This document shows positions 11,491 to 23,124 of a stretch of DNA of 64,000 bases, piece after piece; the first letter of the stretch is position 1, and every line of letters begins with the position of its first letter. The translations under genes and the position numbers were made by a program. The stretch spans positions 91,576,001 through 91,640,000 of the forward strand of contig CM059432.1 in NCBI GenBank assembly GCA_030390025.1, in the 5' to 3' direction. A model generated the notes under the pieces. It was not told where the DNA came from. It ran no database searches and saw only the letters and a list, made by a program, of their open reading frames with translations. This DNA is from Squalus acanthias (lineage: Eukaryota).

Positions 11491-12307
11491 GTAAATAAGT
11501 GCTCCTTCTCTTTGTCCTTCTTCTTATGGTTGTTGAGGCAGCTGCACACCCAACAATGCTGAGAATGAGCATTAATGGACCTCCCCTTTAATCAGTGAAA
11601 AAAGCCTGTGGCAATCATTACTTGCATTTAGACTACACCCGATATTGGTCCATCTTTTCAGTGTAACGACAATGAGCTTGGGTTTTTAGATGAGAATCAT
11701 GACTGCAATCATTTTAATAAGGAGTGAGGATTAATTTTGCGTGCTGTCTCGACAATTTTCAACTGGCGCTACTTAATAATTTTTAGTCTAAACACTGCCC
11801 ATTCCTTGGCTATAACAAATTTCTCGCCATTAAAGACCTTTCTTGGTAATACCATCCTGGCCCTTAACAGCAGCTCTGGAATCAGTAGTGTCAGTTTTTT
11901 CTGGGAGCACTTTGCCCCTGAACTGTATCTGGTGCTATTAGAGAAGCTTTAAGTGCTCTCTGACATTCATTTGCATGACATTTACATGCTGGGCCCTCCA
12001 GAAAAGCTTCAGAGGAATTTCAGGTGCAGGTGGTACATTTAGCCAGGGAGTCATTGGGAGCACTCTCCACTCTTCAAATTTTAATTCCTCTTTTCTTTCT
12101 TTCATCATACAGCCTCCAGCAGCTGTTGCCTCAACAGTTGGTCTGTTGTAAATTATTTTTGTTATTCATATTCCAGGACAGTATTTATTTATTTTGTTCC
12201 TATATTTACTACAGGTATCTAGAGTTGCATTACTGCTAGGTTTGTGGTCCCATTTTTGGAGTCCCGTTAATCAAGTGAAATAAGTGAAATTGGGGATCCA
12301 AGGGGGA

Positions 12308-12482
12308 GGGGGTAAATTTCCTGGGGGGTGTTCCCCTATTCGTCCGCTGTAACTTCGACGGAAGAGTTGCAAAATCCCCGGAAAATGGTATGAGCACAGT
12401 TGACGCCATTTTTCTGGAGTTTCTATGGCCCTTCCGCAAAAGTTGCAGCGGACGAGTGGGAGACCCCCTGGGAATTCACCCC
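12308..12482. mobile_element. Short palindromic MITE; second copy at ~13524-13699
   Basis: Arms GTCCGCTGTAACTT / AAGTTGCAGCGGAC; termini GGGGGTAAATTTC / GAATTCACCCC. Confidence 0.7.
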
Positions 12483-12503
12483 TTTAGTGTAGATTCCAGT
12501 TGT

Positions 12504-12958
12504 GGGCTAGATTTTGGACTGAGCCTGTTTTCAGGCCCAGACTTGGCGCTGCACCCCCAGCAGGCCTGAACCAAGAGGCACAAAGCGCAATGGAAGTTGG
12601 TCCTTTGGCCTCATCAGCTTACTCAGCACGAGCTGCCGGTGTAGGGATCTCCACAGGCAGCTCGCCCGAGTGAAGGCATCAATGCCGGGCTGCCTGCCTC
12701 CCCAGCAGCGGTCCTCAGGTAAGTTCTGGGGGCGGGGAGGGGTTAAAGCAGGCTACGGGGAGAGAGGGAGGGCGATCGCAACTCCTGTGGAGTTGACGGA
12801 GCACTCCTGTTCCTCCAGCTGCACAGGAACAATGGGACCCATGAATTTAATAATAGGACCTTCGCAAATTGGATGCAGCCTGTCCCACTGCTAAATTGAT
12901 ATGCTTTTCACCATTTTACACCCGACAAACGGCTGTAACGCATACCAATTTCTACCCC
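12504..12958. mobile_element. Harbinger-type MITE
   Basis: TIRs GGGCTAGATTTTGG / CCAATTTCTACCCC; TSD not evident. Confidence 0.6.
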
Positions 12959-13053
12959 ATTGTCTCAGTGTAGTCAACTGCTGAGCCAGCCAACATTATG
13001 AAGTAACATGCCATCCTCCTGCTTGTGCAGATGCAACTGTTAGTTGCTATGGT

Positions 13054-13066
13054 GTTGCCTAGCAAC
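13054..13066. promoter_or_regulatory. RFX X-box-like palindrome
   Basis: GTTGCCTAGCAAC, with an adjacent half-site GTTGCTATGG at 13043, in non-repetitive sequence. Confidence 0.4.
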
Positions 13067-14042
13067 TATAACAAAGCACTAATAACAAACTTGCCCAATA
13101 TCTGATCTGGCTTAGTGTGCAATTGAGAAGCTCGGAGTTGCAGTAATTACCCCTTGCACACAGATATTTCTCTGAGAATTCTGAGGGTGATATTATTCAG
13201 GTACCGCTTTATTAGCTCATTGTTCGTCACTTACTTTTTTCTGTCTGCTTTCCCTGCCTTCTTTTTCTGGCAGCTTTCTGCCCTCTTCCGATCTCCAGAA
13301 GGTGCTGACCCTCTTTGGCTTCCAGTTCAAAAAATTGCAGTCATCCTCTGCTACTGTACCGAAGTGATTAGCCTTCATGCGTGGCAATTAACAGTGATTC
13401 TTGGCAGTCTACTCAAACCGAGAGGCACTGGATAACAATCAAGAGCAGGGAGCCCTGACCGATTTTCCCCTTCTAACCCAGGTTCACTGAGGCCAATTAT
13501 AGCCCCCCAGCCTTACAGTTTTACAGGTTGAATTTCCACCAGGGGTTTCCTGATCGTCCGCTGTAACTTCAGCAGAAGAGCCTTGGAAAACCTGGCAACA
13601 CTATCGCTGTTTATCCAGAGTTTCCATGTTCTTCCGCCGAAGTTACAGTGGATGATCAGGAGAGCCCCCATGAAAATTCACCCCATGAAAATTCACCCCA
13701 TAATCTGTTGATTTTCCTGCATAAAGCAGTTGAAGCAGCAAAATGGAGTGCACAATAGAGGATTAGCAGTGGAGCAATACCTCCGAGTTAATTAATGCAG
13801 TTGTTGTCAGCACCCTGGCAGTTGCAACGTTGAGTAGCAGATTCCATCCTGATTCCAGCCTTGGTTTAGTCAGGTATTTCGCTGGACAATTTGTTTGTCT
13901 CACTGAGACACTTTTGGTAATGAGAGCAGGGAAATGTTGTTAGGAAAGGCAATTTCCTGCATCATTCCGACATGTCAGAATTAATGTTCTCTGGAGAAAT
14001 CTGCATGCTGAACTATTGCACCCTCAAACAAGAAAGTGTATG

Positions 14043-14945
14043 GCACAGTTTTGAAATTTACAAATGACACGAAACTTGGAAGTGTAGTAAACAGTGAGGA
14101 AGATAGTAATAGACAAGACAGGCTGGTGAAATGGGTGGACACATGGCAGATGAAATTCAACGTAGAAAAGTGTGAGGTGATACATTGTGGTAGGAAGAAT
14201 GAGGAGAGACAATCGAAGCTAAATGGAACAATTTTAAAGGGGATGCAGGAAGAGAGACCTGGGGGTGTTTGTGCACAAATCTTTGAAGGTGGCAGGACAG
14301 GTTAACAAAGCAGTTAATAAAGCATATGGGATCCTGGGCTTTATAAATCGAAGCATAGAGTACAAAAGCCAGGAAGTTATGCTAAACCTATATAATACAC
14401 TAGTTCGGCCTCAGCTGGAGAATTGTGTCCAATTCTGGGCACCACACTTTAGGAAGGACATGAAGGTTTTGGAGAGGGTACAGAAGAGATTTACTGGAAT
14501 GGTTCCAGGGATGATGGATTACTGTTACACGGATAGACTGGAGAAGCTGGGGTTGTTCTCCTTAGAGTAGAGAAGGTTAAGAGGAGATTTGATAGAGGTG
14601 TTTAAAATCATGAAGGGTTCAGATAGAGTAAATAAAGAGAAACTGTTTCCAATGGCTGAAGGGCTGATAACCAAAGGGCACAGATTTAAGATGATTGGCA
14701 AAAGAACCAGAGGCGACATGAGGAAAATGTTTTTTACACAACAAGTGGTTAGGATTTGGACGCTGATAGGGTGGTGGATACAGATTCAATAGTAGCCTTC
14801 AAAAGGGATTGGATAAATACTTGAAGGAGAAAAATTGCAGGGATATGGGGAAAAAGCGAGGGAGTGGGACTAACTGAGTTGCTCTTCGAAAAACTCGATG
14901 GGCCGAATGGCCTACTTCTGTGCTGCACTATTCTATGATTCTGTG
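14043..14945 (+). mobile_element. CR1 LINE 3' fragment
   Basis: KFTNDTKLG, WQMKFNVEKC, LVRPQLENCVQFWAP, 3' hairpin and TTCTATGA tail. Confidence 0.9.
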
Positions 14946-15294
14946 AAGTGTGGAGTTAAATTTCAAGGAGGCCAGGCAAGAATCAGTATGTGCACCATAG
15001 ATCACTGTGACAGTCACGAATACTGCACCATCCTCAACATACAGCACTCCTCGTTATCCCAAGAGAATATTGGCAGAATCAGATTCTAAAGCTGAAACAT
15101 GACTCAGACTAGATATACATCTAGTCAAGGGAATTTTTTTTTTCATCATTTCATTTTATGGAAAGTATTTTCTGTATTCTGAAGTGTGAGAATAATATAT
15201 GGTTCCGAAATGAAAGCCTGACATTTGGAAATTTCTAGAAATGTGCCTTCCAGCAATCTGTGGTCTGCAGAGGGTGCTTCTAAACAGAATGTTA

Positions 15295-16742
15295 AAGTTG
15301 GGAATTTGGAGAGAGTGGGAACTCGGAGCAGAGAGGTAAGGAGGTGCTGCTTTTTGCCTCCAGTATTTGTACTGCTTTGTGTTACAGGTAAATATTTAAT
15401 TTAATCTACCTATAACTTAAACTAGAACAAGTAATTAGTTAAAAACTAAACTATTAAGCTAAGTTAATTAAATACATAAATGCCAATTAATTAAACAAAT
15501 AAAGCAAGGTTATACAGGGATGGCAGTGCAGGTGGTGTGCTTCAACTGCAGCATGTGGGAGTTTGTGGAGAGCATCGCAGTAAGTGTCTGCATGTCGAGG
15601 AACTTCAGCTTAGAGTTGTTGAGCTGGAGTCCGAGGTGCAGATATTGCGGGGCATCAGGGAGAGGCAGAGTTACCTGGACACTTTGATCCAGGAGGCAGT
15701 CACACCCCTTAGGTTAGGTAGTGGTACAGGTCTGGTTAGTGGTCAGGGACAGGAGTGTGCGACTGCGACTCAGGCAGATAAGAGGACCCCGGGTGCAATG
15801 TTGGAGGAGCCTCGGCCTTTGCCCTTATCCAACAGGTATGAGGTTCTTGCTACCTGTGTGGATGAGGGCAGAGTCTGCAGGGTGGATGAGCAAACTGACC
15901 ACGGCACCATGGTATAGGAGGCCATTCAAGTGAGGGGAGTGAAAAGGAATGTTGTAGTGGTAGGGGACAGTATAGTCAGGGGGGATAGATACTGTTCTCT
16001 GTAGCCGTGACCGGGAGTTCTGAAGGCTGTTTAGCTTGCCCGGTGCCAGGGTTAAGGATATCTCCTCGCTGCTGGAGAAGAATTTGGAGTGGGAGGGGGA
16101 GGATCCAGTTGTTGTGGTCCACATAGGAACCAACGACATAGGTAGAACTAGGACTGAGCTGCTGCTGAGAGAGTTTGAGGAGCTCGGGTCCAAATTAAAC
16201 AGCAGAACCTCAAAGGTAATAATCTCTGGATTGTTACCTGAGCCACGCACAAATGCTTGGCATAGGGACAAGCAGATCAGAGAGTTAAATGCGTGGCTCG
16301 AAGAGTGATGTGGAGCAAGGGGTTTCGGTTCATGGGGCACTGGCACCTGTACTGGGGAAAGAGGGAGCTGTTCCATTGGGACGGGCTGGGATCAGTGTCC
16401 TGGTGAATCGATTAACTAGGGCTGTAGATAGGGCTTTAAATTAAAAAGGGGGGGAGGGGTCAGGTGAGGGGAAATTTAGAAATCTAAAGAGAAAAGTCAA
16501 GGCAATGGAGCAGTGTAGCGATTTGGGTAAAGATAAGCAGAGTGTGACAGGAAGGGACGGAGAGTTTAACGGTAATAATACATCAGTGAATAAAGTGAAA
16601 GCAGGGAATAATGGTAAAAAGTTAAAATTAAAGGCTCTTTATCTGAATGCATGAAGCATTCGTAACAAGATAGACGAATTAGTGACACAGATAGAGACAA
16701 GTGGGTTTGATCTAATAGCCATTCCAGAGACGTGGTTGCAAG
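15295..16742 (+). mobile_element. CR1 LINE 5' part: 5' UTR, ORF1 (Zn-finger/coiled coil plus SGNH esterase) and start of ORF2; 3'-truncated
   Basis: CFNCSMWE, LQLRVVELESEV, PLSNRYEVL, VGDSIVRG, VVVHIGTND, then LYLNA*SIRNK (APE start); degenerate. Confidence 0.85.
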
Positions 16743-17194
16743 GTTAAATTCAGGCTTGTCAGGATCCAGGCAGAAAATTAGTGGGAAAGTCACCCAGGGC
16801 ATTTTAACTGCCCATCATACCTAATTCCCGCCGGGTGTGTAGGGTTATAATTCTCCGTGCCGGACTGGAGCCATGAGCCAGGAATTTAGGGCATGCAGTG
16901 TCTCCACTGAAATGGATAAACTCTTTAGGATTTAAAATTTGTTTCCAAAAAAAGCAATTATTGGATGATTTAATAAAAATGAGGTGCAATAATGAAGGAA
17001 AGGTTATGGGTACCCAGATATACGCATGAACGAGGTGAAGCTGAGTACTTTTTATTTTTCTTCTTTGACTTAGCTTCAAAATATTGATAGAACTCTTTCA
17101 TGTTGTTATTGATTGCATGTAAAATATGTCTGTTGAAAGTATTAATCCAGGTTTTTACAATGTCAAAACTTTTAATCTGTACAAAGGAATACTA

Positions 17195-17343
17195 GGGGTG
17201 AAAATCGACTAGCGAATCAGCAGCCCATTTTACATCCGCCCGATTTTCCTTTCTGTTGGCTTCAGGAAATCGGGCAGGGGTAAAATGAGCTGCCGATTCG
17301 CTATCGCCCGTTTTGTGTCACCACCAAAGTCAAACTTCACTGC
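17195..17343. mobile_element. Palindromic MITE; related copy at ~30505-30695
   Basis: GCGAATCAGCAGCCCATTTTAC / GTAAAATGAGCTGCCGATTCGC inverted arms. Shared CCAAAGTCAAA end motif. Confidence 0.6.
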
Positions 17344-18689
17344 CACTGCGTTGCTGACGCTGGAGCTCCTCAATAACCAATAAAGATCTCCCTCTACTGG
17401 TAAAAAGCTGCTAGAGCATTTTCATATTTCAGCAGGTTCTCCCCACAGAAGAGTGGTATTTCCACAAAATTCTAACGTTGTTTGCTGCAAGTTTCATCCA
17501 CGCAATGCCGGAAAGAAACTGTGCTGTAGAAAAGTGTACTTAATAGATGTTGGCATGAAAAATTATTTCCATATACGTTACAAATATGACTAAGTTGTAA
17601 TCAATAGAAATAGTAAGTAATAGAGGCCCTTCAGTGCAGCACTCAAGTAATGCTCTTCATGTGTGAGGTTAGACAGTGAATGTCAGCACACTATTCAACA
17701 ATTTATGGCACCACAACATAGCCCAGTTCTATCCTTCACGTACTTTCCAATGGTGTCACAGCAGATGCCTTGACTGGTTTTCTTTCAACCCTCCATAGTT
17801 CAGTATTACTGAACCCAATTACATCGCCCGAGCTGTTCTGTCTGAGATGAACTAACTCATCACAGACAAGGAATTGAACCTAGGATCTTCCTGGCCTGTG
17901 TTGCCCATGCTTACGCCAGGTGGTTCCTTTACCCAGTACGCCATTGCAGCTCTTGTATGTGTTTCAAATGGAACAACTTGCAAATGTATTTTTCAAGATT
18001 TCAATCTTCATCGTAGTTTTCCTTGGCCACTTTTCTCTGAATTCACTGGGCACCTGTCTTCTTTAAACCTTTCCTTCCACATAAACTCCCTTACCCATAT
18101 TCACAGCCATCCCCTCAATCTTTCGATCTCCAACAGCCTTTCTATTCCTGTGGTCTCAATCACCAACAAGGCCATCTCCAACCATTTCCTTGTATCCTTC
18201 ACCCCTTTTTTCCCTCTATCCTCCTTCAACCCCACTTCCTTCAACATCAGACCATGGAAAAAATTCCACAACTTCTTTTCATCCGCACTCCTAACCCCAA
18301 TCTTTGCCTCTCTGTCCACTTCAGCTGCTATCACTTTGCTCAGTTATTCCCTCACCTTAATTTTGAAAGCCGCTGTCCAGGAAAACCCTAACTGTCTCCT
18401 ATCCCTATTGTTCCTCCTTATATGGCCCCATCTCCACTCCCTCAAATTACAACAGCACAAACTGAGTAAACCTTATGCACAATTGGCTTAGCCATTCACC
18501 ACCAGCTATGGCTTGACCACATCAAATGTTACCAGGCCTTTGTCTCCCCTGCTAAAACTACCCATTATTCTAGAATTATTCTGAAGGGCAAAGATAACCA
18601 CATGCTCCTTTTCTCTGCTACTGACTGCCTCCTTAAACCCCTCTCAGCTTCCTCACCATCACCTCTAATGCTAAGCACGAAGAGCTCAT

Positions 18690-19550
18690 GGGGGAAAAAT
18701 TCAGTATCGCCCCGTTTGGGGCGCCATCATCGGCCGTGCGCAAAGTTTAGCGCCTGGCGCTAATTATCGCCTCTGACTGCAAACTTGACTTTTATCGCCC
18801 CTGGAGGTGATTGGAGCGCTAAATCAGGCACTACACATCTATCTTAAGGCGCAAAGGCCGAGGAGCGAGGCGCTACCTCAGAGCGCTGGCGAAGCTCATG
18901 TGATATCAGTCAGCAATGGAACACTGGCGCCGGCAAAGGGGAGGGTCGATCTTGCTCTACATCCACATCCTGCTCATTGCAGCCTTGAATCTCAGCCTGG
19001 AGAGACCTGTCCATCAAATCTGTTGGAAAGAACAATGGAGAGGCCCAGGGAAAGAGCTCAGAGTGCAGCCCCCATATTTAAGGAAGATCAAACCAGAAAG
19101 AACCTGCAAAGTGCTGCTCAGTACCCAAAACTCCTCAACACAGCTTTGAATATCTCCTGCAGTCTCTCTCTCTCACTCAGAATGCGTGGTGCAAAAATTT
19201 TGCCGACAAAAAAAGGCAGGAAGCAGTCGCCTTTGAATAGCACTCCCCCAGTCCCTTCCTGACTGCAAAACACTCCCCTCAACCTGTCGTTGCTAGCGGC
19301 AGGCGGTAAGACAGGGGGCGCCACTCAATATCCAGTCCGGGGCGCTACCAGGGCGTTGCACTCTCGACTGACGTCACGATCAGCTGGCGCAGGAGATCGT
19401 GGCGGTAGTGTTTAGCGCCGCCTGCAAAATGTCTAGTTAATTTTGTGAGCGGCGCAAAGATCGCCGCGCATGGGCGCTAGTTGCTTTGCGCCCCATTAGC
19501 GCCCTCTTAAGGCGCTAACGGGAGGCGCAATCCAACTGAATTTTTCCCCC
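18690..19550. mobile_element. Non-autonomous Harbinger element, young
   Basis: Perfect 16-bp TIRs GGGGGAAAAATTCAGT / ACTGAATTTTTCCCCC, TSD CAT, CpG-rich subterminal GGCGC repeats. Confidence 0.9.
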
Positions 19551-20304
19551 CATGTATTTCACTAAGATCAAGACCGTCGATTCCGCTGCCTCTTTACCTT
19601 CCTCTTAGTCCCTTAGCTAATTCCCTAATAATCCTCCGCCCATTGTAGACCTGAACCTACATCTCTCTCCTTTCTCTCCCCCAGCCCCTTCCCTCTCCGA
19701 GATTATTTTGTCCATGAGACTTCTGCTCCCTTGACCCCATTCCCACTAAACTCCATTTCACTCACCTCCCCTTTCTGGTCCACGGGTTATCTAGCATTGT
19801 GAATGGATCCCTCTCAACTGGCATTGTTCTCCTTCAAATCTGTTCTCACCTCAAAAAACCCCACCCTTGAGCTCTCTGTTGTTGCTAATTATCACCCCAT
19901 TTTCAACCTTTTTCTATCCAATATTCTTGAATGAGCTGTCACCTCTCACGTTGATACCCATATTTCCCACAACTTCCTATTTGAATCTCTCCAATCCAGT
20001 TTCCATTCCTACCATAGCACTGACACAGCCCTTATCAAGTCATAAATTACATTCTCCGTGACTGTGCCCAGGGTGCATTATTCTCCTGATCCTCCGTGAC
20101 TCCCCTGCAGCCATTGATGAGGTTGACTACACTATCCTCCTCCAATATGTTTCCTCCGTTGTCTGCCTCAGTGGAACTGTCCGTGCTCGGCTACGTTCTT
20201 ATTTATCTGATCATAGCCAGAGCATCTTTAGCAGCGGCTTCTCTTTCCATCCTTGCACTGTCACCTCTGGGGTCCCCCTAGGATCCATCCTTGGCCCCAT
20301 CTTT

Positions 20305-21165
20305 CATAGAATGGTTACAGCACAGAAGGAGGCCATTCGGCCCGTGGAGCCTGTGCCGGTTCTCTGCAAGAGCACCTCAGCTAGTCCCACTCCCCCACCC
20401 TTTCCCCGTAGCCCGGCAATTTTTTTTCCTTCAGGTACTTATCCAACTCCCTTTTGAAAGCTGTGATTGAATCTGCCTCCACCACCCTTTCAGGCAGTGC
20501 ATTCCAGATCCTAACCACTCGCTGCGTAAAAAAGTTTTTTCTTATGTCTCCTTTGGTTCTTTTGCCAATCACCTTAAATCTGTGTCCTCTGGTTCTAAAC
20601 CCCTCTGCCAATGGGAACAGTTTCTCTCTATCTACTCTCTCCAGACCTCTCATGATTTTGAACACCTCTATCAAATCTCCTCCCAATCTTCTCTGCTCTA
20701 AGGAGAACAACCCCAGCTTCTCCAGTCTATCCACGTAACTGAAGTCCCTCAACCTTGGAATCATTCTCATAAATCTTTTCTGCACCTTCTATAAGGCCTT
20801 CACATCCTTCCTAAAGTGCGGTGCCCAGAATTGGACACAATACTCCAGTTGAGGCCTAACCAGTGTTTTATACAGGTTCATCATAATTTCCACGCTTTTG
20901 TACTCTATGCCTCTATTCATGAAGCCCAGGATCCCGTAAGCTTTTTTAACTGCTTTCTCAACCTGCCCTGCCACCTTCAATGATTTGTGCACATATACCC
21001 CTAGGTCTCTCTGTTCATGCACCCCCTTTAGGATTCTACCCTTTAGTTTATATTTCCTCTCCTCATTCTTTCTACTAAAATGTATCACTTCGCATTTTTC
21101 TGTGTTAAATTTCATCTGCCACGTGTCCGCCCATTCCACCAGCCTGTCTATGTCCTCTTGAAGTC
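20305..21165 (-). mobile_element. CR1 LINE 3' fragment
   Basis: ORFs 20381-20785 and 20789-21139 encode the CR1 ORF2 C-terminus. Confidence 0.92.
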
Positions 21166-23124
21166 TTTTCCTAATCTATATACTGTTCCTTGGTGATATC
21201 ATTCTGACACTGGTTAGTTTCCACTTATATGCTGATAACATCCTGCTCTACCTCTCCATCACACCCTTTGATCCCTCCATTGTCACGTTCTATCAGACTG
21301 GGTGACTTCTAGTCTTGGATAAGCCTTAACTTCCTCCAGTTGAATATTGGGAAGACTGATGCTATTGTCAGCTCTCACCACAGAGTTTTAGATTATTTGG
21401 AAGTTGTGAAAGAGAACAGGCGAATGAGGAGGCCATTTGGGGAAACTGATCCTTTATATTAGAAGAAATTGGGTTTTGCAGTGAAAAAACGAGGTTGGGC
21501 AAACAGCAAACAAAATCCAGGCTCGTGTCCCCAGGCTGAGAAAAGGAAAAAAAATAGCCTAGGTCCATGTTTCTGATTGCTATTTGGAAAGCCTTGCTGG
21601 AAAGTGGGCCGGATGAGGATAGGACCAGACGTAGTTGTGTTATCCCAGAATTAGGACAGGAGTAGAGAGAGTACAGTATTTGCTTTCCTATACCTCTTTA
21701 TCTCATCCTGCTTAGCACAATGCCACACTGAATAGTATTACATAGGATTACATCGGATATACAGCACGGAAACAGGCCATTCGGCCCAACCAGTTCATGC
21801 CGGCAATCGCTGGTAAATCAGCACCACAAGGCCTCAGGCCACCTGATTTCTAAGAGCAGCCAAAGTAAACAGCAGGGGAGTGACACTGTGAACAGTATCA
21901 ACAGTGTAAGTTAGTATAAACTCTCAAAAAAGCATCACATTTTCTTTCTTTTATATAAGATAAATATGTTACTTCTATTTGGATTTTTTCTAAAAAGGAT
22001 TCTTCAGAATCGCATTTGTTTTCTCTTTTCTATCTCCATTTGATTCTGTCTCTAATGTTTGTAGGAGATACTAATCTTCATTTAAAAGATGCATTCTTGA
22101 GGCTCCCTCCCACTCGCATGCCTTATACAATAGTCCTATGTTGTGAGTGGGAGTCTTGAAAATACACTGTCAAAACAGGCCTACTGTGCATACTCCCTCT
22201 GAATGTTTATAACCAGTTTTTTTTATCAGACAATATTAAGAATCACAAACTTCTTGTTAGTCCTTGGAAATTCCTGCTTAGGTGCATTCTTCCAACTGCC
22301 AGAAAACTGCATAATGTCCAGTTGCTTTAACTCTGGAGAAGCCAATCTTTTTGCCATTTTGGGTGACTTGGGTGCATAGCATGAAGCATAAGGGGTAACT
22401 TTCTGACAATGAGCTCTAGCAGGTATCCCAGGGTCGCATTAACGTACAGGCTACAGAGCCCGTGCCCAGAGGCCACAGTCAAACATGGGACCCCGCCAGG
22501 GTCGGCAAACCAAATCAAATAGACGGGCCCTCCTGCTACAACCCAAGGAGCTCAGTCTCTCCATCTCCAATCCCATTGGATCAAGAAGCCGCCTGTCAAC
22601 ACCTGCGAGTCCCAGCACAAGGGAGCACTGGGGTAGGTTTTGACGGATCGGGTGGTGGGGGGGTTGTGCGAGGAGGTGGAGGGGTTCCGAATGTTCTTGG
22701 TGCCCAAAGCCCCATCATGAGCACATATCTGGGTGCACACCATGCACGATTTTCTAAACATTTAAAATAATAGTTGGAAAATGTTGTTCAGTTTGTGTCC
22801 AGATTTCTATATGCGTTCTTGGCAAGTGAGACTCCCTGTCAGAAGTGCAAGGTCGGCAGACTACCCCTATAGAGTTTAAATTAGTTTTCCTACGAATTTA
22901 TATATCTCAAGCTGCTAATGCTAACAGATCTTGCTGTTCAGATAAGCTGATTAAAGTGCTCAAAATTTGCTCTCAGGTTTTTTTTTACTTCTGAATCATT
23001 TATTGTATTGCAGGAGAAACCAGCAGCGAAAGAAATTTAAGTGCAAATTAAAACTCAGTTGTCTGTGCTTTATGGGCTAGTAGCTGGCACAGCTTTAGAG
23101 TGATTAGAATGCTTCCTTCTGCAA

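Larger units (their letters stand above)
7831..11829 (+). mobile_element. PIF/Harbinger DNA transposon, degenerate two-gene copy interrupted by Penelope
   Basis: Left TIR GGTGGAGAAATTCGTG, right end AAATTTCTCGCC. Transposase remnant on + and convergent Myb-like remnant on -. Confidence 0.8.
17990..21367 (+). mobile_element. Old L2 LINE, interrupted by a MITE (18690-19550) and a CR1 (20305-21165)
   Basis: C/T-rich degenerate ORF2 (DFNLH, SCSLDPIPTK, HSTDTAL, SGVPLGSILGP). Resumes after the CR1 with FHLYADN and LQLNIGKT. Confidence 0.75.
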
